In this document: positions 37,456 through 50,200 of the stretch, piece by piece
How positions within the stretch are numbered: position 1 is the first letter of the stretch
Layout: each line of letters opens with the position of its first letter
NCBI GenBank assembly: GCA_965153285.1
Contig: OZ229118.1
Source of the DNA: Podarcis tiliguerta
Lineage: Eukaryota
DNA length: 64,000 bases
Strand: one strand, 5' to 3'
The notes under the pieces: model-generated
What the model was told of the DNA's origin: nothing
Database searches by the model: none
What the model saw: the letters and a program-made list of their open reading frames with translations, nothing else
Translations under genes and position numbers: made by a program

Positions 37456-39129
37456 GTTTTGACCTATGAATGCAGTGGCATAAACTGATGAACACACTAT
37501 AAAAGCAATATTTAATATAATCAAGTGTGCAGGAGGACTCCATTCCAGTTAAACAGATACAGAAATGCACTGTACCCAGTATTTGAATTTATTTATTTCT
37601 GTTCTGCAATGATTTCTATACCTTCTTAGGTCCCCCCTCATCCCGAAATCTCTGGTTATGACCTTGACAGTATGCAGTATTGTGTATATGTTGTAGCATT
37701 GAAATTACTTGCTGGGGGCACAAAGCCATTTTTATTTCTTTTTATTTATTGAACACAAAGCATTTAGTGTCTTTTGCTCAAGGCAAAACTTTTTTTTATA
37801 TACAAAAGAATAGACTCACAATGCCAAATATAACACCTAGCCAAATGACAAGCACAATTCATTTTTGTCCATGTGATTTTCACTGCAGCTGAGTTTCACA
37901 CCAGAATAGAAAGTACAGCTGTGCAGAAAAAATAGGATTGACTGTGCCTGTATAGCATGTGTCACCAAACAAGAAATAACTTCCTCATATGTACTATTTG
38001 ACATTGTTAATACTAATACTAAAATACTACTACTGCTATTGCTGCTACTAATAATTGTATGCTGGCCTTCATTCATATATCTCAGGGCGATTCACAACAT
38101 GAAAATACAAGATAAAAAAAATACAAAATACATAATAAAAACAAAAACAAAGCAAAAACACAAGCACATTTAAAAGGGTTATTATTGTAGTTATTGGAGT
38201 GGTTTCTGTAACTAGAGTAAATTCTAAGCAAATATTTACTGCTGTTGTAAAGTGTACTAATTGCATTAAACGTAAATTATTAAGTTTAAATTTTGTGACT
38301 CCTGTTGCATGAAATCCTTGCTGACCTTTCTTCTTCTAAATAAGGTTCTCTGACCAGTTAGACACAAGGTACCTTGCCACCTAATATATTATACCCACCC
38401 ATAGTTTTCACTAGCAGGCTCTTTCAGTCCCTTTATTATTTGATCGATGGGAATAAATGGGTTTGATGAGGTTATCTCTTTCAATTCACCTTGCTGCCCA
38501 AGCATCTTTATAAAAAGTACATGATTATTTCCTGCACACAGAGGAACAGTTATTTCAAATATGTGGAAATGTCCTGTGCTTTGAATACCAGGAACTGGCT
38601 CCTGACCACCGTGACCCAAGAAGTGTAAGGCAGCTCAGGCCAAGGTAGCTGCCAAAAAGCGAGCATGTTCTGACGTACAAGCTGCTAATGGATAACATTC
38701 ATAGCAAAGACAATGGATACAATCTGGAAATACTGGGTGTCAGCCAGAGAAAGCTGGAAGTCTGAAAGTTGCGTTGAAACTGATTGGGCTGAAATACCTA
38801 ACGGTGCCAGATGGAGTCAAAATATTGTATACCTCCAACAAGTAGATGAAGTTTGTTTTGTGTTTTGTTTTGTAGCAGATAAGATTTGGAGCCAATTTTC
38901 TTACTGATTCCAGGAATATAGAAAGCTATGGCCCCAACAGAGGGAGATTTAGACAAAAAAATAAGTCTTATCAATAACACTGGGATCAAAGTACCAGTAT
39001 TTACAACTAACATAAGTCCTGTTAATTCCAAGGGGACTTAAGTGGGACTAACTTTCTCTGGTTCAGTGTTTTTATGCTCAAATAAATAAAGCAAGCAAGT
39101 CCTTCTTTGGTTTTATCACAAAAATCATA

Positions 39130-39823
39130 TTGATGCAACAGCAATTTATTTTTGTACAAAATGAGGACTTATCTGTTTTAATTGACTTCAGGGTCCCCAC
39201 TCTTAATCTGCCATCTTTAATAAGCTATCTGCTAAGACCGCCTCCCTCTCCCAGTCAGTCACATTGGAAATATGACATTGGGAAATTTCTTTTGGTCTCT
39301 GTATGCATCACTTTACACTTGCTTATACTGAATCACATTTGATGTTCCAATGCCCATTTACCCAGTTTAGAGAGATCAATTTGGAATTCCTCACAATCCC
39401 TTTTTATTTTGACTACAGTGGAACTTGTGTTACGTATCGTCCCCCTTGCGAACGCTGCGGGTTACGAGCTGCACCAACCTGGAAATAGATGCTGCCAGTT
39501 GTGACCTTTGCCCTAGGATGTGAGCGGAAGTCGTGCACTGGCAGCACTGCAGCAGTGGGAGGCGCCATTAGCGAAAGTGCGCCTCATGTTACGAGTGGTT
39601 TCAGGTTGAGAACGGATCTCTGAAATGGATTAAGTTCCTAACCGGAGGTACCACTGTACTCTGAATAATTTACTATCAACATCAGCAAATTTACTGCTTG
39701 TCCTTAAGTCAACTCATTTATGGACAAGTTAAAAAGTACAGGTACCAATACGAGTCCTTGGGAGACTCCACTTTCTACATCTTTTCATTGGAAAAACTCT
39801 TTATTCCTACTGTGCTTCCTGTC
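39130..39823 (-). mobile_element. Ancient CR1 RT remnant, interrupted by a MITE
   Basis: The minus strand of 39680-39823 gives ...DVESGVSQGLVLVPVLFNLSINEL...SKFAD (with frameshifts), matching CR1 SGVPQGSVLGP.LFN.FINDL...SKFADD. The left boundary is approximate. Confidence 0.65.
39416..39656. mobile_element. Tc1/mariner-type MITE related to 21719-21960
   Basis: TA|CAGTGGAAC...GGAGGTACCACTG|TA. Shares gggaggc.ccattagc.aaa and tttcaggtt.agaacgga with the other copy. Confidence 0.85.
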
Positions 39824-39953
39824 TAGGGCTGCCATATTTTGAAGAGCAAAAAAAGTAGACACATTTGCCGACTTCTAACAATGGATCACTATGATGACTT
39901 TACCCATGAAAAAGAGGACGTGTCTTGGAAAAAGAGGACATATGGCAACCCTA
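39824..39953. mobile_element. Short hAT-like MITE (TAGGG termini)
   Basis: tagggctgccata / tatggcaacccta inverted termini and repeated aaaagaggac. No clear TSD. Confidence 0.6.
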
Positions 39954-41958
39954 CTAGAGGACCTCTCCTTTTATTCCCTGACTGCTAAGCTTACCCAGAC
40001 ATCTGTTATTCCATGACTGCTGGGTTTACTTAGATCTGACATCTGACTCCAGATCCTCTAGGCTGATGGATCTGCTCTGGCTGGTCCTTCCTAATATGAG
40101 TTGGAGCCTAGCCTGGTGCTGCAGGTGGAGGCCCTTCTGACAATAGTTTGCCATGTGGATACAGAGCTGAATAGGAGTCGTTTAAACTGGCCTTTATTTT
40201 GTAGCCAGTTTTGTGAGCATTATCTCTGACCCAATTTTCATGTTAATTGTTAGCACGCAATACTCATTATTGGATGGCAGATATCCAACCAGGATGCATC
40301 ATCATGTGGTGACAGTTGGTTTTTACCATGCAAGATAAACTAAGATCAAGAAATGGGTGTGGTTAGGTAATCTCAGGGTGCTGTTTTTTTATTTTAAAAA
40401 ATCTTCCAATTTCATCAGATCTAAATCTTAAGCCCAGTAATGTACTTAGCATATTTACTTGCCAGATCTGCTTCACCTAGATATTAGCATATATCCCTGG
40501 CATACAGGCCATATTATCTACTAATTCAACAGGATGTAAATCACCGTTGAAGTAATTACGTCTGTTCTACTGATTTATCCCTCGGTGCTGTATGCCTGAG
40601 CTCTTTATTGACCCGCACTTTGCTTGTGACTATTGCTAATTTAAAGAACTGCCTCTGAGAAACTTTCATTATCTTTCTAGATCCAATTAGTGATGACTAT
40701 TCTCCAAGGCCATCTAAAGAGAATATGCCAAAGACAAGCAGGGGCATTATCATTTGTGTATCCTTGTCTGTTGACTATTAGTGGTGGTCAAAAATCACCT
40801 TTATAATAATCCTTTTAGAAAGGCTTGTGATTATGGTTTTTATTGCTTCACTTAGACTTGAGAGTTTATTAGTGGTGTTTAGCCTCTGGCCAAGAGTGTT
40901 TTAATGTCTCCAGATGGTACAATGTCTGGCACTTAACATTTGGGGAGATATCCCCCCCCCAAAAAAAAAAAATCATAAGAGCATAAAGTACTTTTTCTAT
41001 AATGATCTTCATATGCTATTTTCTAAACAAGGTTGTTGAATTAAATTATCATTTGCTGTTAATATGATTATTTTTTTCTTGGCAAGGGGCTGCTTGGTTT
41101 TGTTCAAAATTTTAAAAATGCTATTTTGCTTATTGCATAAGTGGTGGAGTTTTATTTAATGTCTCTAACTTTGGGTACAAAACCTTTGTGACTAAATGTT
41201 CACAGAACTGTGTGTTATCCAAAGTTCAGATTTTACAAATTGGAAAAAAATGAGACATTGCTCTAACCTCATTTGCTCTCCATAAAGCAGACCCACCAAA
41301 TATCATAATGGTACCATAATCATGTACCATTGCACAGCACTACTTATATTAAAAAGGAAACAAAACATTTAAGAAATGACATTCACTATTCCCCAAAATG
41401 TCCCAGATGCTGTGTCAGTCAAAATAATTTGGGGAAAAGAAAATGATGCTTTATCTGACCATGGAGGAGAGGTGGTTCATTCTAGTCTATGCTTTGCACC
41501 CAAAGAGACGTTAAAGTAAGCCCCAGATGAGTCTCCCTTGCATAAACATTCCACAGTTGAAGTGCCACTGCTGAGAAGGCACTCTCCTCAGCCATCACCT
41601 GTCCCAACTTGGTTGTTGGGGGAATCTGGAAAAGGACTTTTGTTAATGATCAAACTGCATAGGAACATATGGCTGTAGCAGTATGCTCTGCCTAGAATGT
41701 GGGAAACAGAGATGGCTACCCTCACCAGTGCCTATCTATTTTTAAGAAAGCATTGTTACTTTGTTGCCCCAACTTTCCTTTGAGGCTAGTGTCTAATGGT
41801 TTATACGTCTTTATTTTATATTTCTTCATTCTAATTTGTATTAACTGGACTAATAAAAATAAACTTTGTGCCATTGTTGAATGGAAATCATGGAAAACTT
41901 CATTGCTAAACTCTTAGTTTAAGGTCAATAGGAAAACAATAAATTCATAAAAAACTTG

Positions 41959-42207
41959 TGAGGCTCCAATACTTTGGCCACTTCATGAGAAGAGAAGACT
42001 CCCTGGAAAAGACCCTGATGTTGGGAAAGACTGAGGGCACAAGCAGAAGGGGATGACAGAGGACAAGATGGCTGGATAGTGTTCTCGAAGCTACGAACAT
42101 GAGTTTGACCAAACTGCGGGAGGCAGTGAAAGACAGGAGTGCTTGGCGTGCTCTGGTGCATGGGGTCACGAAGAGTCGGACACGACTAAATGACTAAACA
42201 ACAACAA
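41959..42207 (+). mobile_element. BovB (RTE) LINE 3' end with (CAA)n tail
   Basis: RLQYFGHFMRREDSLEKTLMLGKTEG..RRG*QRTRWLD...MSLTKLREAV.DR.AWRALVHGVTKSRTRLND*, then aaacaacaacaa. Confidence 0.92.
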
Positions 42208-42464
42208 TACACAAACTATTTGTCTGCCTAGCAGAGTGCTCTCTGTGTGGGCTAGCAGTGCCTCCCTAATGTCTCAGTCATTTCATATAATCACTGCTTG
42301 CGTCTTTTTAAACTTGAGATGATGGGAATTAAACCTGGGACTTGCAGCATGAAAACCATGTGCTATGCTACTTAGTTCTACTCCCTCCTGTAACCAAAAT
42401 CTGTATGCAATAGACATCTTCTAGATGGTTTGTTTGGTCATGATCACAGGGAGAAAAGATGATC

Positions 42465-42515
42465 CAGTATTTACTGTGATGCATCAATAATCAGTATTTA
42501 CTGTGATGCATCAAT
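42465..42515. repeat. Perfect 24-bp tandem duplication
   Basis: cagtatttactgtgatgcatcaat at 42465-42488 and 42492-42515. Confidence 0.9.
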
Positions 42516-42571
42516 GCCAGCTATTTAAGTTAACTTTCTCCACTTTACTGATATCCTGTCTCCCTTTGCAG

Positions 42572-42657
42572 TTGAAGTATGAGAGTTCCTCAAGTTCACT
42601 TTTGCTGAAATTTATCTCAGAACAGTCTTATCAACGAGATCAGCTGTCATATGCCAA
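42572..42657 (+). other. Candidate exon (86 nt)
   Basis: Strong acceptor ctgatatcctgtctccctttgcag| and donor AA|gtaaga. Confidence 0.3.
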
Positions 42658-44652
42658 GTAAGATACATAACAATCTTGCTCTACAGTTTTTGCTGTTGTT
42701 ACCAGGAGAAGCCCTCAGGCCTAGTTTTCAGACTCCTTAGGTTCAAATGGATTATTAATGTCTCCTGCAAGTTCTCAGATAGTATTATGTGATGGGTATG
42801 CTTTTATTTATTGGGGGGCATTTACACTTTGAGCATCGAGTTTCATGTCCAATCACAAATCCAGTCACAAATTAAACATACACAGATCAATGGGGCAGCA
42901 TCTAAAGTGATCAAACTGAATTGTGGCATTGTTACTCTGCTACTCCGGTGACAAAGATTCCATTTAATAAACACAGTTGCCATTTAGCAGTAATTAATCA
43001 ACCAACTGCAATGTCACACTGAGGTCAAAGAAACCAGAAGACCAAATGAGGGGAACATGAAAACTGAGCTGACATACAAAATGTGAATGCAGTGCCAAGG
43101 GAAGTTAGGAGGCATTAGCAGTGGTGAAACATTTAATCCCAACTTCATTTTAACATTTCAGTTCAAAAATAATCACATTCCCTTGGTTCAAATTAAGGTC
43201 ACTTTTGTAACTTTCAGATGCTATTTCCTCCGAATAGCCTGCAGAGATGCTTAGAAAGGCTGGTGCGTTTTACAGATGTGCCTCTGTTCGCTCATGCCGT
43301 CTGGTTCCTTTTCCTCTTAATTTTAAAATGACTCCTTACTTGGCTAATATTGCTTCTAACTTAGTCTGAAAGCAAGAGTAAGCAGCAAAGCAGCACACGT
43401 TTTAGAGAGGAGCCACATGGTTATGCAAAGCTGCTTCAAAGAGGCCTTCCCCTTTCTTCTCCCTAAGACATTTCCTTTCTGTTCCCCATTCCTACCACAA
43501 CAAACACAGGACTGGGGACATCTTACAGAATGCTATTCCCCCCTTACTTTGTGGAAATACTATTAAGATGACCCATTCTGCCCTTAAATGCATTGTTACT
43601 TTATTTGCTTTCCTTTTGAGATACCAATGATACACTTCCATCAAGGGTACAGTTTAGTGAGATGGATCATGCTTAGGTAACTGGCAGTTCAAGGAAGTCC
43701 TACCTTAGGTTGTTTACATGAACATGTTTTAGAACAGCTATTTAGCTTCCATTTATTCCACCCTCCTGCCCAGCTGTAAGTGTGAATGCCGGCAGTGAGT
43801 CCATAGGTCGCTGATAAACTGAACCCCCATTTGGCAGGCAGGGAAGTTAGAATGATAAGGCACTTGATTTATGTTTTTCTCTGTCACTAGATTTTCAGTA
43901 AAGCTGTGCAGCCAGCCTTAACAGAGTGAGTTTTGCTATCACCTCTGTTGCTTTGGCTTTAAGTGTACCAGATTCTTGAGCTTCTTCCCTTAAGAACAGG
44001 AAAGATACATATCTGTTAAATGCCACATTCCCCAAATCTCTTATTCTTGGATCTTCTGGGAAGTTTTTCCACGACTGAAACTATACTTTGTTAAAACTAA
44101 TGCGCATTTCATGCTGCTATAAATTAGGGACAGTTTTATACTTCACATGTTTGTATTACTAACCACACTGTATAATAATTGAACCATAGTCAGTTATGAA
44201 AGGTATAACTGGAATATAGCATGGGGTATTACAGTACAACCCTAGCTGTGTCTTCTCAGAAGTAAGTCATTTTAAATTCAAGTGGATTTACTCCCAGGTA
44301 ACTGGAGTTAGGATTGCAATCCTAATTCAGTTTAATTATTTAGTTAACTAAACAAAACAAACATACAAACAAAAACCTATGCAGCAGCAAACAAACAACA
44401 TAACAGGACACAAAATACAACATAAAACAGTGACATCTCCTAGTACTGTTTTTCATCTTAAAAATCATCCTCCATTAACCACCATGGAATGATGAGTAGC
44501 AAATCTGACTTCCTTAAACATAATAATTTTATTACACTCAGAAAAAAGGAACTCACTTTTATCAGTATTAACTCCCTTAACCTATATCAACAACTCTTCA
44601 AGCTATTTCTTCCTTGGCAAATTATAAATTGGGCAACACAATATAATATAAT

Positions 44653-44654
<2 letters not shown>

Positions 44655-44686
<32 letters not shown>
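44655..44686. repeat. (TG)n microsatellite
   Basis: Perfect TG run. Confidence 0.95.
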
Positions 44687-44689
<3 letters not shown>

Positions 44690-44690
<1 letters not shown>

Positions 44691-44905
44691 ACACAAAAAT
44701 GCATTTTATGGGGAAATTGCTTCGCAAAAACCTGCATTTTTTGCAGAATTGCACACAAGCATACTTGCATAATTGGAAGACATTTGTGTACATGAAGAGA
44801 AATTCTCACTAAAATTTTGATAATTAAAAAAAAAAAGCAAACTGATATGGAAATGTGCAGCACTTAACTCAAGACTGGAAAAATCAGAGAAACCAAAACT
44901 GCTCA
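44690..44905. mobile_element. Partial copy of the repeat at 55537-56006
   Basis: Shares gcaaactgatatggaaatgtgc and aaaat.cattt..gggaaatt. Confidence 0.6.
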
Positions 44906-47153
44906 TACCAAGTGCTGTGATTGCCCAAAGGAAGAAAATAGTACAGTATCCTCAATTCAAACATATATGTTTCAGTCCCAGAAAATGTTTTGATAGAAGG
45001 AAAAACAGCAAAAACAGATGAGAACCTACTATATTCCATATATAGAGGGAAGCAATATGGATACATTATTTCTTTGGTATTCTTCTAACTTGGCAAGTTC
45101 TTCTAAACCAAAACTCACACACAGACTATGCAGACAACTGTGCCAATCATTCAGGTAATACATGAAGGAGAATGGAGCTAGTTCCCCTGACCCTGGCATG
45201 ACACTTGATCATGACCCCTGGTGGTTGTGTAGTGTGAAAGGGCACCTATGTGCACACAACTGTACCATACAGTCCCACTCACATGTGTGCATTCAGGGGG
45301 TGCATGAGAAAGATGCCAGCATTTGAATGCAGCCAATTATGACTAGTCTCACCTCTGTCTATACTCTTTACATCTTCCAAACAACTATTTCACAGACTGC
45401 TTTCTGATCTTTTATTAATACATCAATGGATGTAAAATATAATATCCGATGGGCATAAAACCAACTTCTACACGAATACATGACACCAGTGTACAGACTT
45501 AACAACTCCCTTTTCAACAAGTTCTGTCTTGAGATCGGGAGGCTCAGCCTCGTCCCCACATACTTTGGGGAGGGGGATGAACTGTCCTCAGCCCCATAGA
45601 GTTGACACCTATGCCCAACATAAACACTGTGGAAGAAAAGGCAACAAAACTGGGAATACATTAATCTACATCAACTGTGTTTTCACTAACACCCAGAGCA
45701 TTTTGCCAGCCACTAGGGGGGAAAAATGTGCCCATGTCTCCAATGGCATTGCACATGTGGTGCCCTCTCAGGAAAGTGGCAATTGCATCAGTCTGCCCAC
45801 TAAGTTTCCTTGAACAGCTTATCAGAAGCATTATAGCTGGATTAGAAAGCTACATTGGGGAAATGAACTGCATTTCCAGCACTCCACGCCCCCTCCATGT
45901 GTGATTCTTCAGGCAGCTAGGTATATGCATGAAGAAGATTTTGGACACACCAATGAGCATCTAATGAACAACTGCTTCACAGACCAGTATCATGCCATTC
46001 TGTCTTACTGGCATGCATCCAATGTCAAACAGAGTCACAGTATAATGCAGGGCATACTGGAGTTTTCCCTGTGTCTTAGAACTTTACATACAAGTCATTA
46101 ATACAGGTCTTTGCTTTGTATTTTGCTGTTAGTATTTTGTGACCACAAAAGTGCTTTGCTATCTGTGCTTCAGGGTCTTTATCTTTCAGTCACCCTGTTC
46201 TTGAATTTAGCCATTATTTTAAAAAGGCAGCTAAATTCCATTACCCACTTTTTGCACATCCATAGTTTATCAGTAGGTGGATCCATAACTCCTGCTTCTC
46301 ATTCCCTGAACAGCTGCTGCCTCTCCACTTTTGTGGCTTCCTCTTGCCCTATGGTAAGCTATAAAACTGTTTATATTCATTGCCGAAGTATTTTCTCTAT
46401 GTGTGCTTAGGGACTATAAACCTCAAATATTTCTTCACCACTAATGGGCACAAAAAGAAAATGTTTCTAATCCTTTGTTTACTGGCAGCACACACAGTAC
46501 CTAGTGTTTTACACTAGTATGTGCCCATGAATCAAATTCTTCCACCAGTCTGCTTAAACCCACTGAGATACAAGAATTTAGCTTTATGCAGATAAAAGAG
46601 CAAAGCAAAAAAAATGAAGAAACCTGGAGTCTTTCCCAATTTTATATGGATTCTTCCAAATGGGATTTCTCTAGATTTAATGGATTGAAGATTTTTATTT
46701 ATTTCAGATTAAATAAAAGTTATATATATATCATTTGTCATCAGATTCCATATCTCATTTGTCATCAGATGAGTTGGCACCCAAATAACTTTAAAGGGTA
46801 CCAGTTAAACTGACCATATTGTTATGGATTTGGGATACCAGAGTTTGGGGGTACAAAAGTGCCCATAATTCTAATAAGTTACTGAATGTTAGAAATTTCT
46901 AAATGTGTGGAACCGTCCCCTGGGATGGAAGTCATTAAGCATGACAAAGGTGTTGATGGCCCATCAAAGGAAGATGCTTGGGTCTGTGAAATGGAGGTTG
47001 CCATGGTAATGTGGGTATGATGTCATACAAGAAAAATGTTGTCCTTCTGAAAAACAGAGGTCTGGAGAAGGGGGTTGAGCAGACAGAAGGTGATGTGTTG
47101 CACTTGGCAAGGCATTCTGGGAAGAAGGAGGAGGATGTAGGCGAACTCCATGC

Positions 47154-47243
47154 CATAGCTGTCAACGTTTCCCTTTTTTAAAGGGAAATTCCCTTATTCC
47201 AAAGAGGATTCCTCGCAAGAAAAGGGAAAAGTTGACAGCTATG
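47154..47243. mobile_element. 90-bp hAT-type MITE with 8-bp TSD CTCCATGC
   Basis: TIRs catagctgtcaac(g)tttccctttt / aaaagggaaaagttgacagctatg. TSD at 47146-47153 and 47244-47251. Confidence 0.9.
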
Positions 47244-50200
47244 CTCCATGCAGCCACTGGTGGGATGACTGGGGGCCATGAGTGGCTGCTGTTTTGGAAC
47301 CAAGCTTGCTGAAGCTTTGAGGGGAGCAACAATAGACTCTCTTGGGGTGTCATGTTCTGCACTGCCTCCATTGAAAATTGTAGGTGGAAATATGTGTAAA
47401 TTAAACCAGAATGGGGCAGAATGGAGTGGGGCTTGAATGGGCCACAATGGGGCAAGGTGGGCTTATGCATGCTCTACCATCACATGCAATGACCCAGAAC
47501 ATGACTCCATCCAAATCAGGGGTTGCCTGTACACATAATTGCAAACAACTTTACCCTTCAGCACAGTGCTTTGTAGGATAAGATTGGATTCAAAACATTG
47601 TGGTTGGGGAAGTTAAGGTACACCCATTAAGGATTTCATCTTTTGTTTCAGTGAGAAAGTCAATATACACAAAGGAATAGATAGCTGTAGCTTCACCTCC
47701 ATTACAGTGAATGGGAAGCCTTACCAAGTAGCAATAGGGGTGACTGAGAATGCACACAGAGATCAAGATTTATAACCTTGCATTTAGTTTCCTTAAGGCC
47801 CTTTCTATGGCAGTTTCTAATGTGTTTGTTGGACATATGCACATGGTATTGCATCCAACATCAACAGCATGGACATTCTCAATCCAATAAAATCCAAGCT
47901 GTTTGTTATTTAGATGCATTGCTAGTTTAATTAGGTTCCTCAAACAGTAGCCACAAAATATTGTCTTTCATGCACTCTGGAAGCCAAGAACATTTTTGTC
48001 TCAATCCACTAGTGTTTGGAGAGTAGCCAAAGCTATCTGGAAATGCAAATAGCCATCTTTTATGTTCAGAGGGACCTCAATTTGTACAAACCATTTAGGA
48101 GCATCTTAGAATATAAATCATGCAGAATAGAAGTCTTTTGTCTCATAACTAGCCCATCCATAGCTTCAGGGGGCAAAAATTACATTTCATTTGAACCCGT
48201 AGACTACATATGGCTTAAATTAGTTTCATTTTCATTTTGTGAGTTTTATGACTATTTTAAAAAATAATTTTCCTGTTTTCTGAGCATATTACACAAGACA
48301 TCTGCCCTATATTTAATCTAGGAACCTCATAAAGGCAAGAGGCAGACATTTTATGAGATATATTATAAAAATTAGATAATTATCTTGTTTATTTTAGCAG
48401 TTTCTACTTAGTGTTTTAACAGTAGTCTCCCGTTAAAGACTTAAACATTCAGTGTTGCAGTAGGCCAATGTAATGCTCAGATATAACACTAAAACTCATA
48501 ACACTAATACTAAAGCAGCTTAATCCTATGAGCTGCTGGGGCATGCATCCAACTGGTATGAGTTGAGGCATCACAAGGCTGAAGCAGACCTGAGGGTGGC
48601 AAAGCGGTATGTTTAAATCCAGGCCTACCCTAATCACAGAAAAAGCATGGAGTGTGGTGTGCGTAGTGATTTCTAAAGCAAAAGGGGTATGCAGGGAGAG
48701 TAGGGGGGAGCTGAATTTTCTCCATCTGGAGACAAGAGACCACAGCTTCCTAAAGCCACCCCCCTTAAGTGCTTTCCCCCCAGTTAAACTCTCAGCTAAG
48801 AAGGAAAGTACAGTACCATACACAAAAGACTGCAGGGAGATATGACCATAGGGGATGGGGCATGTTATCAAGCCCCTCCATGTTGCATTTGCTGTAAAAA
48901 TCATACCTTTTACAGGGTTGCTCTTCCACTAAAACCAACAAAAGCTAAGAAGAGAGGGAAACCACACTTTCATACTTGAGAGGGGATACCATAAAAAATG
49001 TGTGGGTGTGTTACAAGGCAAATTATCTGAAGCACTGAAACACTTTCACTCCACGAATGACTTACTCCATCGTAGTTAAAGCAGAGCCCTGCTTTATATT
49101 ATGCATTGTGAGTGCTGACATAAGAAGCTGATGATATGAGTAGTTAAATGAGAATTCCACTATTTGTCTAGCTTTAGGTATATGAAAAGAATATTGTGAA
49201 AATCCGAGAAGTGTGAAAATCTGAGGGCAGCAGCTTATACATTTGCCGAGTTTCGTTGTGAACCAGCTCATTTTTCAGGCAAGTCATAAAGAGGCTCAAA
49301 AACAAGCATTTCACTGTTGGGTGTTTTTCTTTTTTCAAATGTGGTTATTTCCATGTGACTGCTATTCATCTGACATCATTACTGACATACCTTCCATTAG
49401 TGTGGTATCTGATTAAGGCTTCCAGCCACATTGGAGCCAGACATAAGTAGTCCAAGTAAGGTGGCTAAGAAAAATTAACATGTCAGTATTATTCAGAGGT
49501 GAGAGTGTCTGTCTTTATTTTGGTTTGGTCAAATAGAATTGAAACTATAGGTACTCAGAATAGGAAGCTTTTGAATATCTTTGAAGCTTTGGAAGTAGCT
49601 GATATTGTTGTACAGTACCAAACTGGAGCTGAGGATGAAACTAAAAGCAATAAAAGAGCAGTAAATTAGGATTGTAATTCTTTCTTTCTTCTTCCTTTGC
49701 ACTGTCGGTATGTTCCTCTCATAGCCATCTCATGTCAGGAGGTGACTTTCGATGAACAGGAGTGTTTGGATAGATAGAACAGCATTTATATTTGGTACCA
49801 AGTTTAAATGATGCATGTTTGTTTTGGATAAGTGAGTTGTTAGTCTTTCTATTTGGCCAATCACAGGGTTGGGTGGGGATGAGCACGCTAGCACCTCTAC
49901 CTGTTACTGAAGCAAATGTTGGCAGAAGGGAGTCTGCCCTACTTACATAGGCTCCCTGCACAAGACAGAGCCATGGAATATTGGGGTTTTAAATTCTGTG
50001 GGAAGCCAACACAAGTAGAAAAGAGTTCCTGGTTTCCTTTTGCTTTTTGAACCCAAAAAGATTGAGAACCCAATCACTCACCATAATTGTTTAGCTTAAG
50101 GCAGAGATAGCTAACCTGGTGCCTTCTAGAAGTTGTCCACCAGCCCCATCCATCAAGGCAAATTACGAGCAATAATGGGAACTGGAGTTCAACTACATCT

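Noticed and set aside
48449-48904. 151-aa ORF, the longest non-TE ORF
   Set aside because: No recognisable homology or coding-like composition; compatible with chance.
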